In this document: positions 38,356-48,062 of the stretch, in pieces
Numbering within the stretch: position 1 is the first letter of the stretch
Layout: each line of letters starts with the position of its first letter
Translations under genes and position numbers: made by a program
Notes under the pieces: model-generated
Told to the model about the DNA's origin: nothing
Seen by the model: the letters and a program-made list of their open reading frames with translations, nothing else
Database searches by the model: none
Virus record (IMG/VR): IMGVR_UViG_3300032245_001746
Span: 62,001 to 126,000 of that record
Length of the DNA: 64,000 nucleotides
Reading direction: 5' to 3' (one strand)

Positions 38356-38844
38356 ATGAAAAAAACATTTTGGCAATTTACACAACAATTAAAAGAAAAT
38401 AGTCCTCCTTCTGGACCTGATGGTGGCGGGGGTGCTCCACCAATCGGCGGCGGAATGGGAGATATGGGTGGTGGAATGCCTGGTGTGGGCGGAAGTTCAC
38501 CAATGCCTCCAATGGGTGGTGGAATGGGAGATATGGGCGGCGGTCTCGGAGGAATGGGTGGTGGAATGATGGGAGGTCCACCACCAAATGCTGGACCTAG
38601 TGGTCAAAAAACATCACCAATACAATTAAAACCTATTGATGTGTGGTCGGTTATAAATAGAATTTTAGACGGCAAATCTATTAAAGTTGAAAAAGAAAAA
38701 AACTCTGTACAATCTGCTCCTGATTCATTACAATCAAATAATGATTTGTCTCAAAATCAAAATAATTCTCAACCAAACGATATGTCACAACAAATGAATC
38801 AACCTATGCCACAAATGAATAATCAAAATGTTATGGGACAATAA
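38356..38844 (+). CDS. Gly/Met/Pro- and Gln/Asn-rich low-complexity protein
   Basis: Start adjusted to MKKTFWQFTQQLKE, downstream of TAAATA. Confidence 0.7.
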   Translation: MKKTFWQFTQQLKENSPPSGPDGGGGAPPIGGGMGDMGGGMPGVGGSSPMPPMGGGMGDMGGGLGGMGGGMMGGPPPNAGPSGQKTSPIQLKPIDVWSVINRILDGKSIKVEKEKNSVQSAPDSLQSNNDLSQNQNNSQPNDMSQQMNQPMPQMNNQNVMGQ

Positions 38845-38871
38845 TCATTTGTTGTTTTAGAAAGTTTAAAA

Positions 38872-39969
38872 TTGAAAGCTTTAATATTTAGTGATTTGCA
38901 TTGTCATCAACACAAAAATTCTCAATCAAGACTGGAAGATTGCATTGAAGCTCTTGAATGGGTTTTTAAAACGGCACAATCTAAAAGTATTGATTTAATC
39001 ATTTTTTGTGGTGATTTATTTCATGATAGAGCAAAAATTGATATATTAACTTATCAAAGAGTTTTTGAAACTTTTCAAAAATATCTTTCGGACACTACTG
39101 GTCCTGAAGTTTATTTACTACTTGGAAATCATGATTTATTTTACTTTGAAAGTAAAGAAGTTTCAAGCGTGTATCCTTTATCTTCTTTAAAGAAGATAAA
39201 TATAATAAGCAAACCATCTGTTGTTAATATTAGAGAATATAATGTTGGTTTTATGCCATACACTCATGATCCAATCTCAGATCTAAAATTAGTTCCTATA
39301 AGAGAAATGAAAAAAGGTAAAAACAAATATAATGTTTTATTTGGGCATTTGGCTGTTCATGGAGCATTATTTAATCTTGTATATGGAACTAAGGCAGATG
39401 TTCAAATAGAAGGTGATGCAGGAATGACTGTTGTTACGCCTGATATATTTGATTCATTTGACCGAGTATTTTTAGGTCATTATCATGCTGCTCAAGAATT
39501 AACTTCTAAAGTTGAATACGTTGGTTCTCCATTACAATTGAGTTTTGGTGAAATGGAACAAAAGAAACATATTGTTATATATGATTTTGAAAGTGATACA
39601 AAAGAATATATAGAAAACACGTTTTCTCATAAACATTTAAGATTTAATTCAATTAAAGAAGCTGCAAAAGCAGCAGAAAAAGGTGGTTTAAAAGGTGAAT
39701 TTGTTGAAATTTTTGATGAAAACACTAATTCATCAGATGCTTTAGAACTCAAGCAAACATTGATTGAAAATAAGGTTGGAACTTTTTCTATAAGACAACT
39801 GCCAAAATCCAAAGTGAATGAAGCAATAGATGTTCAAAATGCTAAATCGATTTTATCATCAACAGATCAAATGTTAACTAACTATATTGGTTCAATAAAA
39901 GATTTGAAATTAGATAAAAATGTTTTATTAACAATTGGTAAAAAAATATGTGAAAAGAAAGTGGACTAA
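38872..39969 (+). CDS. gp47/Mre11/SbcD-like nuclease
   Basis: SDLH, GDLFH, GNHD, GH, GHYH, YVGSP. Confidence 0.9.
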   Translation: MKALIFSDLHCHQHKNSQSRLEDCIEALEWVFKTAQSKSIDLIIFCGDLFHDRAKIDILTYQRVFETFQKYLSDTTGPEVYLLLGNHDLFYFESKEVSSVYPLSSLKKINIISKPSVVNIREYNVGFMPYTHDPISDLKLVPIREMKKGKNKYNVLFGHLAVHGALFNLVYGTKADVQIEGDAGMTVVTPDIFDSFDRVFLGHYHAAQELTSKVEYVGSPLQLSFGEMEQKKHIVIYDFESDTKEYIENTFSHKHLRFNSIKEAAKAAEKGGLKGEFVEIFDENTNSSDALELKQTLIENKVGTFSIRQLPKSKVNEAIDVQNAKSILSSTDQMLTNYIGSIKDLKLDKNVLLTIGKKICEKKVD

Positions 39970-41360
39970 TGGAACAATATAAAGATGGTCATTTAGGTGG
40001 TGCTGTAGTAGGTGGCGATCCAGCAACTTACTATCCTAATGTTTGGGATTGTTTAATTGAATCATTAAATGTAAAATCAATGATTGATGTTGGTTGTGGT
40101 GAAGGTCAAACAATGCATTACTTTCAAGATAAAGGAGTTGAAGTATTTGGAATTGATGGTTGCAAAGAAGCAATTGATAATAGTTTAGTTAAAGACAAAA
40201 TATCATTACATGATTTTACTAAAGGAAAATTTCAACTTAATAAAAGTTATGATCTTATTTGGTGTTGTGAATTTGTTGAACATGTATTTGAAGAATTTTC
40301 AGAAAATTATTTAAATTTATTTTCAAATAGTTCTGCAAAATATATAGTTATGACACATGCTTTGCCAAATCAAGGGGGTCATCATCATGTTAATTTGCAA
40401 AAACCTTCTTATTGGATAGAGAAAATTTCTAATTTGGGTTACACTTTAGATCCAACATTATCCAGACAGCTTAGAATAGTAGCTAGACTTGAAAGCATAC
40501 AAGTTGTGTATAATCATTTTTATAATACTGGATTAGTTTTTGTAAGAAATGATTTAATAAATAAAGAAAAAAAGAATCGGTTAAACACAGCCATATTAAC
40601 TTGGATGTCTGGAGATTTGTTTTGTAAAAATGATGGCATAAAAGTTTTTGTAAATTCTTTGAATGATATTCAGTATAATGGAAATAAAATAGTTTTCACA
40701 CATGATATGAATTTAGAAACAAGAGAATATTTATATAAACATGAATTTGAAATTATTGATGTTAATCCAAATCAAGTTAGACATGTTGTTATAGATAGAT
40801 TCTTGCATTATTTTAAATACTTAAACAATAAAAATTACTATTATATAGGGCTTTTTGATTGTAAAGATGTTTTATTTCAATCAGATCCTTTAATTTCGCT
40901 TCCTCCTTTATTGTTTGTATCAGAAGGTAAAAAACATAAAGATTGTGAATGGAATATGAAAGATCAAACAAATTGTCAGAATGAAACAGCTTTATTTGAT
41001 AATGATTTCCAAAATTGGGAAGTTATTTGTGGTGGGACTATTTTGGGTCAAACAAAAGAAATACAAACATTATGTATATCTATATGGTCTTTGTGCAACA
41101 ATAAATTTACTCGTTTTACTGATCAAGCTGCTTTAAATTATTTGTACAACAATATTTATAATAAATATTGTTGTACAAATCCATATAAAGACAATTTTGT
41201 ATGCACTGCCAATCTACCAGTAGATCAACAGCCAATTTTGATTGATGGATTATATTGTAACGCAAAAACTAAAGAACCTTATATGGTATATCATCAATAT
41301 GATAGAGTTGAATCTTCTAAAAAATATATTTATGAAAGTTATTTAAATGAATCAATTTAA
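39969..41360 (+). CDS. SAM methyltransferase fused to a glycosyltransferase-like domain
   Basis: IDVGCGEG, EFVEH, GGHHHVN; C-terminal FDCKDVLFQ, ICGGTILG, DQAALN, HQYDR. Confidence 0.75.
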   Translation: MEQYKDGHLGGAVVGGDPATYYPNVWDCLIESLNVKSMIDVGCGEGQTMHYFQDKGVEVFGIDGCKEAIDNSLVKDKISLHDFTKGKFQLNKSYDLIWCCEFVEHVFEEFSENYLNLFSNSSAKYIVMTHALPNQGGHHHVNLQKPSYWIEKISNLGYTLDPTLSRQLRIVARLESIQVVYNHFYNTGLVFVRNDLINKEKKNRLNTAILTWMSGDLFCKNDGIKVFVNSLNDIQYNGNKIVFTHDMNLETREYLYKHEFEIIDVNPNQVRHVVIDRFLHYFKYLNNKNYYYIGLFDCKDVLFQSDPLISLPPLLFVSEGKKHKDCEWNMKDQTNCQNETALFDNDFQNWEVICGGTILGQTKEIQTLCISIWSLCNNKFTRFTDQAALNYLYNNIYNKYCCTNPYKDNFVCTANLPVDQQPILIDGLYCNAKTKEPYMVYHQYDRVESSKKYIYESYLNESI

Positions 41361-43323
41361 AATTAAAAAAGTAAAAGCTAGTAATTTTTTGTGTTTTGGA
41401 GAAGATGGTTTTGAAGTTGATTTTGAATCATTCGGAAACATTATTTTACTTCAAGGTAGAAACTTAGATAATGTTTCTGAAAAAGAAGAAGATCAATTGT
41501 GTTCTAATGGAGTTGGTAAATCCAGTATAGGAGAATCTATAGTTTATGGAATTACTGGTAAAACTGTTAGAAAATTTAAAAAAAATGAACAAATGATTAA
41601 CAACAAATCAGGTAAAAAATTATGTGTTGAAATATGGGTTGATGATTTAAAGATAGTAAGAAAAATATCACCTACTAGTTTAAAAGTTTATGATGTATCT
41701 GGTGAAGATCCTGTTGATTTAACCAAAGGAACAATGTCAGAAACTCAAGCTTTAATTGAATCTAAATTAGGATTTAATTCTTCACATCAATCTTTAATTA
41801 ATTTGCTTATTTTAACAGATAATAATAGTGGTTCATTTTTAGAATCAGATGGACCATCTAAAAGAAAAATGGTTGAAAGTTATTTAGAACTTGAACAGTA
41901 TGCTGAATACAGTAAATCTGCGTCTGATGCTTTAAAAGAACAAAAAAATAGAATTAAAGAAATTCAAAAAGAGTATGACGTAATTGAAATATATTTGGAA
42001 GATTCTAAATCCAGATATGAATCGGATAAAGAATTAGATTCTAAGTGGGAAAATGACAAAAAATTAGAACTTGAATCTTTAATTTCAAAGTTTAAAAATA
42101 AACAAAATGAATTAGCAAATACAGATAATGGAAAGGCTTTAATTGAATATGAAAATGCTCAAATTCAAATTAAAGAGTTGAATCAAAATCTTTCTTTAAA
42201 AGACTCATTAATTAAAAATTTGTATAATGAATTACAAAGTCTTAAATTAAATTTAACAAGCTTAAATGATAAGAAAAGTTCTATAAATAACAATTTACAA
42301 ATAATTAAGAACAAGTCAATTAATTCTAAAAATCAAATTGAAATGAATAAATCTATAATAGACAATTTGGATTTGCAAAAATGTAAAAAATGCGGAAATT
42401 TTGATGAAGAAACATCAAAAAAATGTCAATCAATTATTGATACAGAAAAATCTAACATTGTTTGTTTTGAGCAAGAGTTCAAAACTATTTTACCTGAATT
42501 AACAACAATTAATTCTGATATATCAGAATTAAATAAAAATATAGAAATAAAAGAAAAAGAATATAAAAATTTTCAATCTGAATTTGATTTAATGAGAAAT
42601 AAAGTTTCTAATTTATTAAAAATAAATAAACCTGTAAACTCAGTAAATGAAAAAATTATTGAAGAACAAATTTTAGAATTGAAAAATCAAATATTAGCTA
42701 AAAAATCTGAATCTGATGGTGATTCTCCTTATATCACTATTTTAGATAAAGATTTGAAAGATATTGAAAAAAACAAACAATCATTAGAAGAAAAAAAGAA
42801 AGAATTAGATGAAGTTAGTTCTCAATTATCTTATTATGAATTTTGGGTTAAAGCATTTGGAGAACAAGGAATCAGAAAGTTTGTTATAGATGGAATTATT
42901 CCATCTTTAAATGATAGAATTCATTATTGGCTAAATTATTTAATAGATAATAAAATTACTTTAAAATTTGATAATGAATTAAATGAAAAAATAGAAAGAA
43001 ATCCTTCTGATGGAGAAGAATTTGTTTATGACGCTATGAGTGGTGGAGAAAGAAGAAGATTAAACCTTGCTGTTTCGCAAGCTTTTTCGTATATTACTAC
43101 CCTAGCCACTGGATCTTGTCCAAGTTTAAGTTTTTTAGATGAAGTCGCTACTAATATAGATCAAGTGGGTGTTAATAACGTTTATCAAATGATAAAAGAA
43201 TTGAGTAAGGAACGACAAATTCTTGTTACTACTCATGATAAAAATTTGTTAGATTTATTAAATGCTGATAATTGTGATGTTATTAACTTGATAAAACAAA
43301 ATGGTGTAACGAAAATAAATTAA
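41347..43323 (+). CDS. gp46/Rad50/SbcC-like ATPase
   Basis: NGVGKSS, coiled coil with CKKC hook, MSGGE, FLDE, TTH. Confidence 0.92.
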   Translation: MNQFKIKKVKASNFLCFGEDGFEVDFESFGNIILLQGRNLDNVSEKEEDQLCSNGVGKSSIGESIVYGITGKTVRKFKKNEQMINNKSGKKLCVEIWVDDLKIVRKISPTSLKVYDVSGEDPVDLTKGTMSETQALIESKLGFNSSHQSLINLLILTDNNSGSFLESDGPSKRKMVESYLELEQYAEYSKSASDALKEQKNRIKEIQKEYDVIEIYLEDSKSRYESDKELDSKWENDKKLELESLISKFKNKQNELANTDNGKALIEYENAQIQIKELNQNLSLKDSLIKNLYNELQSLKLNLTSLNDKKSSINNNLQIIKNKSINSKNQIEMNKSIIDNLDLQKCKKCGNFDEETSKKCQSIIDTEKSNIVCFEQEFKTILPELTTINSDISELNKNIEIKEKEYKNFQSEFDLMRNKVSNLLKINKPVNSVNEKIIEEQILELKNQILAKKSESDGDSPYITILDKDLKDIEKNKQSLEEKKKELDEVSSQLSYYEFWVKAFGEQGIRKFVIDGIIPSLNDRIHYWLNYLIDNKITLKFDNELNEKIERNPSDGEEFVYDAMSGGERRRLNLAVSQAFSYITTLATGSCPSLSFLDEVATNIDQVGVNNVYQMIKELSKERQILVTTHDKNLLDLLNADNCDVINLIKQNGVTKIN

Positions 43324-43399
43324 TAACAATTTTTTTTAAAAAAAATTGATTGATAACCTTTACATATGGTTTAATTAATCAATAAGAGGAATGTAAAAA

Positions 43400-45019
43400 A
43401 TGAGTTCAATTAGTGTAATAAAGAAAAATGGTTCAAAAGAAGTTTTTGATATAGAAAAAATTCACAAAGTAGTATCATGGTCAGTAAATGGATTGTCAAA
43501 TGTAAGCCAATCAGATATAGAAATTAATGCAAAATTAAACATAATTGATGGAATTAAAACAGAACAAATTCATTCTGTTTTAATTGACTCTGCAGCTAAT
43601 TTAATTAATGAAGAAAATCCTGATTATCAATATGTTGCTGGACGATTGTTGAATTATCAAATAAGAAAAAATGTTTGGGGTGGGAAAAATGCTCCAAAAT
43701 TGATTGATTTAATTAAAAAAAATATTGATTTAAAATTTTATGAACCAAAACTTTTAGAGTGGTATTCTGCTGAAGAAATCAATAAAATTGATGAGTTCAT
43801 CAATCATGATCAAGACTTGCACTATACTTACTGTTCTGTAAAACAATTATGTGATAAATATCTTGTTAAAAATCAACACACAAATGAATTATTTGAAACT
43901 CCGCAATTCAGATACATCGTTGCAGCAATGACTTTGTTTAGAAATTATAGTAAAAAAACAAGATTAAGTATCATAAAAAGATCTTATAACTATTTTAGTA
44001 AATTTAAGATCAATTTAGCAACGCCTCAATTAGCTGGACTAGGAACGAATAATAATTCGTATGCTTCGTGTTGTTTAATTGAAATGCTTGATGATAGAAA
44101 AAGTATTAATGCAACTAATCATGCTGTTGCAAATGCAACATGTGCTGGTTATGGCATTGGCGTAAATTATGGTAGAATGAGAGGCATTGGATCTTCTATT
44201 AAAAATGGATTAATCATTCATCCTGGAGTTGTTCCATTTCTTAAAATAACAGAAGCTGAAACTAAAGCTTGGCAAAAAAATGGTTTGCGTGGCGGCAGCG
44301 CTACTGTAAATTTTCCAATTTGGCATTCTGAAATTGAAACTATTGTTCAGTTGAAAAATGCAACTACTGGAACTAATGATAGTAGAGTTTTTAATTTAGA
44401 TTATGCTATTGGTTTGTCTAAATTGTTTTATGAAAGATTTTTGAAAAATGAAGATATCACATTATTCTCGCCAGATGAATGTGGTGATTTATATGATGCT
44501 TTTGGATTAGATTCTTTTGATGAATTATATGTGAAATACGAAAACAACAAAAAGATAAAAAATAAGAAAAAAGTAAATGCAAGAGAATTGTTTTCATTAT
44601 TAGTAAAAGAAAGACTTGAATCTGGGCGTATTTATATTTTAAATGTTGATAATGCCAACAAGTATTCTTCTTGGATTGGTAAAGTTAATATGTCTAATCT
44701 TTGCTTATCTGGAGACACTGAGGTTCACATATCTATTAATAATAATTTAATGACTATTTCTTTGAAAGAATGTATTGATTTACTTAAAGATGGTAAAAAT
44801 ATTGATATTTTATCAAAAAATATAAAAACAGATAATATAGAATTTAAAAAAATATTAGCTGGAGAATTAACAAGATTTAATTCTGAAGTCATTAAGGTAG
44901 AAGATGTTGAAACTGGTAAATACATAATATGCACACCAGATCATAAAATATATACAAAAAATAGAGGATATGTAGAAGCGGAAAAACTGAATCAAGATGA
45001 TATCTTAGATTTTTGTTGA
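43400..45019 (+). CDS. nrdA: Ribonucleotide reductase alpha, N-terminal part + split intein N-half (44702-45016)
   Basis: ATP cone, ETPQ, ASCC, LRGG, SNL then CLSGDT...CTPDH. Confidence 0.93.
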   Translation: MSSISVIKKNGSKEVFDIEKIHKVVSWSVNGLSNVSQSDIEINAKLNIIDGIKTEQIHSVLIDSAANLINEENPDYQYVAGRLLNYQIRKNVWGGKNAPKLIDLIKKNIDLKFYEPKLLEWYSAEEINKIDEFINHDQDLHYTYCSVKQLCDKYLVKNQHTNELFETPQFRYIVAAMTLFRNYSKKTRLSIIKRSYNYFSKFKINLATPQLAGLGTNNNSYASCCLIEMLDDRKSINATNHAVANATCAGYGIGVNYGRMRGIGSSIKNGLIIHPGVVPFLKITEAETKAWQKNGLRGGSATVNFPIWHSEIETIVQLKNATTGTNDSRVFNLDYAIGLSKLFYERFLKNEDITLFSPDECGDLYDAFGLDSFDELYVKYENNKKIKNKKKVNARELFSLLVKERLESGRIYILNVDNANKYSSWIGKVNMSNLCLSGDTEVHISINNNLMTISLKECIDLLKDGKNIDILSKNIKTDNIEFKKILAGELTRFNSEVIKVEDVETGKYIICTPDHKIYTKNRGYVEAEKLNQDDILDFC

Positions 45020-45050
45020 TAAAATGTAATACTTCGCTCATATATAATGT

Positions 45051-45965
45051 ATGAAAAATTACATTATATATGAGCACAAATTTAAAACATCAAAAAAAAG
45101 TTACATAGGGTATACTTCATTATCTATTTTTGAAAGATTACATAAACATTATATAAATGCCATGAGTGGATTAAATACTAAATTTTATAGAGCTATTAGA
45201 AAATGCGGCATCTCTGATATTGAGTCTAATATTTTATTTTTAACAAATGATATAAATATTGCAAAAGAAAAGGAAAAGGAATTTATTCAAATTAAAGATA
45301 CGTTTAAAAATGGATATAACATGACTTTAGGAGGTGATGGCGGGGATTGTACGTTGTATATGACAAAAAAACAAAAGAAAGCATATTTTGAAAAAAAGAG
45401 AATAAGTGCTACTGGAATTAATAATCCTAAATATTCTGGGTATACAGATGAAGAAATTATTTTAAAAGCAGTGGATTATTTTTTAGAAAATAAAAAATTA
45501 ACAAGATTAGCTTGGTTTAAATTTTGCAAAAAAGAAGGATATCCAGTTAATTATTCAAAATTCAGATTTAATGGAAAAAAATATGAAGGATTTGTTGAAA
45601 ATTTAAAAATTAAATTAAAAGAATTAAATATAAATTTTAAAGAAGATCAATTTTTTATATCTAAAAAAGAAAGATATAGCGGAAAGGTTTTTTCTAAAAT
45701 TAGTGATGATGAAATTTTAAAACATGCAATTAAATATTATAAAGAAAATTTAATTTTTGTAAAATCTAGATGGTTTCAATACTGTAAATTAAATGGTTTG
45801 CCTCAAATTTATTCTAAAAATAGATTTGGAGGATTAAAGTATGATGGTTTAATTAATTGTTTAAAAGAAGAATTTAGAAAAACAAATACAGATTTTGTTT
45901 ATAAGAAATTAGTAAATCAATTTGATAAGGAAAAAATAAATGTTAAAAATAACAAAAATGAATAA
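45051..45965 (+). CDS. Free-standing GIY-YIG homing endonuclease
   Basis: YIIY..SYIGYT..R..H, E, NGYNMTLGG; repeated C-terminal module. Confidence 0.88.
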   Translation: MKNYIIYEHKFKTSKKSYIGYTSLSIFERLHKHYINAMSGLNTKFYRAIRKCGISDIESNILFLTNDINIAKEKEKEFIQIKDTFKNGYNMTLGGDGGDCTLYMTKKQKKAYFEKKRISATGINNPKYSGYTDEEIILKAVDYFLENKKLTRLAWFKFCKKEGYPVNYSKFRFNGKKYEGFVENLKIKLKELNINFKEDQFFISKKERYSGKVFSKISDDEILKHAIKYYKENLIFVKSRWFQYCKLNGLPQIYSKNRFGGLKYDGLINCLKEEFRKTNTDFVYKKLVNQFDKEKINVKNNKNE

Positions 45966-46983
45966 AGAAAATGTTTATGATATTACTGTAGAAGATAATC
46001 ATAATTTTTATGCAAACGATATTTTGGTTTCAAATTGCATGGAAATTTTACAAAATATAGAATCGTTGAAAGATATAGATGATCCAAATTCTGAAATTGG
46101 TGTTTGTGTTCTTTCTGCAATTAACTGGCTTGAAATTTCTTCTGAAGAAGAAATGGAAAAAGTATGTGATGTTGTTGTAAGAATGCTTGATGAAATTATT
46201 GATATACAAGATTATTTTGATTTAGCTGCTAAAAATTTCTGTCAAAATAAAAGAAGTTTGGGTATTGGCGTTACTAATTTGGCTGCATTTCTTGCTAAAA
46301 ATAAACTTAAATACACAGATGAAGAAGCTATTGAATTAGTTGATGAATGGATGGAAAAACAACAATATTATCTTATTAAATCATCTATTAATTTAGCTAA
46401 AGAAAAAGGAAAATGTTCCAAATTCAACACATCAAAATATTCAAACGGATGGTTGCCAATAGATAAAGACATTAATGTTGCTAAAAGAAAATATTCAATG
46501 GATTGGGAACAATTAAGGGCAGATATTAAAGAATTTGGTTTAAGACATACAACATTTACAGCAGAAATGCCAGTTGAAAGTTCTTCGCTTTGTCAGAACA
46601 CAACAAACGGGGTGGAACCAGCACGAGCACTTTTAACATTTAAGAGTTCTAAAAAATCAAGTATTCCTTTTTTGGTTCCAAATGTAAAATCTTGTGGAGA
46701 TCACTATCAGTTGGCATATGATATGGAAAACAACATTGGCTATTTGAATGTGTGTAATGCAATTCAAAAATGGATGGATATGGGAATGTCTGTTAATCAA
46801 TATTTTAATCCATCAAATTATGAAGATAATAAAATACCATATTCACAAATAATTAAAGAATTAATTCATTTTTGGAAAAATGGTGGTAAAAGTTTTTATT
46901 ATTTAAATTCTGAAGACGGCAATTCTCATTTCAAAAAAGAAGAAAAATCAAGTGGTTGTGAATCTGGAGCATGTTCATTGTAA
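45940..46983 (+). CDS. nrdA: Split intein C-half (32 aa) + ribonucleotide reductase alpha C-terminal part
   Basis: VYDITVEDNHNFYANDILVSN then CMEI; CVLSAIN; MPVESSS; FYY; CESGAC. Confidence 0.93.
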   Translation: MLKITKMNKENVYDITVEDNHNFYANDILVSNCMEILQNIESLKDIDDPNSEIGVCVLSAINWLEISSEEEMEKVCDVVVRMLDEIIDIQDYFDLAAKNFCQNKRSLGIGVTNLAAFLAKNKLKYTDEEAIELVDEWMEKQQYYLIKSSINLAKEKGKCSKFNTSKYSNGWLPIDKDINVAKRKYSMDWEQLRADIKEFGLRHTTFTAEMPVESSSLCQNTTNGVEPARALLTFKSSKKSSIPFLVPNVKSCGDHYQLAYDMENNIGYLNVCNAIQKWMDMGMSVNQYFNPSNYEDNKIPYSQIIKELIHFWKNGGKSFYYLNSEDGNSHFKKEEKSSGCESGACSL

Positions 46984-46992
46984 AGGAAAATT

Positions 46993-48051
46993 ATGCAAAC
47001 TGTATTAAATAAAAAAAATGTGTCTGTAGAAGATAGAATAATGTTTCTAGGACCAGATTTATCTCTTCAAAGATATGATCAATTCAAATACCCAAAGTTT
47101 TTTGAGCTTTGGGAAATGCAAGAAAATTATAGATGGAGACCTCAAAGAATAGATCTTTCTAAAGATAGAACAGATTATGAAAAATTAACTGATACTGAAC
47201 GATTTATATTTGAATCTAATATTAAATGGCAAACTATGACTGATAGTATGTTAAGTCGTTCTATTCATGAATTATCACAATATGTAACAAATCCTGAATT
47301 AGAATTATGCATGGGTACTTGGGCTTCAATGGAACAAATGCATTCTTTTAGTTATACTCATATTTTTAAAAATGTGACTAAAAATGCTACTTTGTTTTTT
47401 GATTCTATCTTAGAAGATGAAGAAATTGTAAAAAGAGCTTATGAAATTTCATCATCTTATGATGCTTTATTAGGAAATCCAGAAGATATAAAACAAAATA
47501 TATTTGATGTTGTTCTTTGTACTAACACGACAGAAGGTATTTCTTTTTACTCTTCATTCATTTGTTCATTCTTTTTTGGTAAAAAAGGATTAATGGAAGG
47601 ATCTGCTAAGATTATTGGCGAAATAGCAAGAGATGAAAATCTTCATGTTGCAATTACTCAAAATATAATTAAAAATTGGAAAAACAAACCAGAAGAAGGC
47701 TTTCAAGATATTTTGAATAAAAATGAAGATAAAGTATATGAAATATATAGATTAGCTGCAGAAAATGAGAAAAAATGGGCAACTTATTTGTTTTCAAAAG
47801 GTTCATTATTAGGATTGAATGAAGAAATACTTCATCAATATATAGAATGGTTAACCAACACAAGACTAGCAGGAATTGGTTATAAAAAAATATTTGAACA
47901 AAAGAAGAATCCGGTTTCTGGATGGTCTGATCGTTATTTTGATAGCTCGAAAGTGCAAGTTGCTCCTCAAGAAACAGAAGTAGAATCATATTTAACTGGC
48001 AGTGCAAACACATCATTAAAAGATGAAGATTTTGCTTCAATTGAATTGTAG
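46993..48051 (+). CDS. nrdB: Ribonucleotide reductase class Ia beta subunit
   Basis: W.P, DS, EQMHSFSY, EGISFY, RDENLH, QVAPQETE. Confidence 0.93.
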   Translation: MQTVLNKKNVSVEDRIMFLGPDLSLQRYDQFKYPKFFELWEMQENYRWRPQRIDLSKDRTDYEKLTDTERFIFESNIKWQTMTDSMLSRSIHELSQYVTNPELELCMGTWASMEQMHSFSYTHIFKNVTKNATLFFDSILEDEEIVKRAYEISSSYDALLGNPEDIKQNIFDVVLCTNTTEGISFYSSFICSFFFGKKGLMEGSAKIIGEIARDENLHVAITQNIIKNWKNKPEEGFQDILNKNEDKVYEIYRLAAENEKKWATYLFSKGSLLGLNEEILHQYIEWLTNTRLAGIGYKKIFEQKKNPVSGWSDRYFDSSKVQVAPQETEVESYLTGSANTSLKDEDFASIEL

Positions 48052-48062
48052 AAAGAATATTT

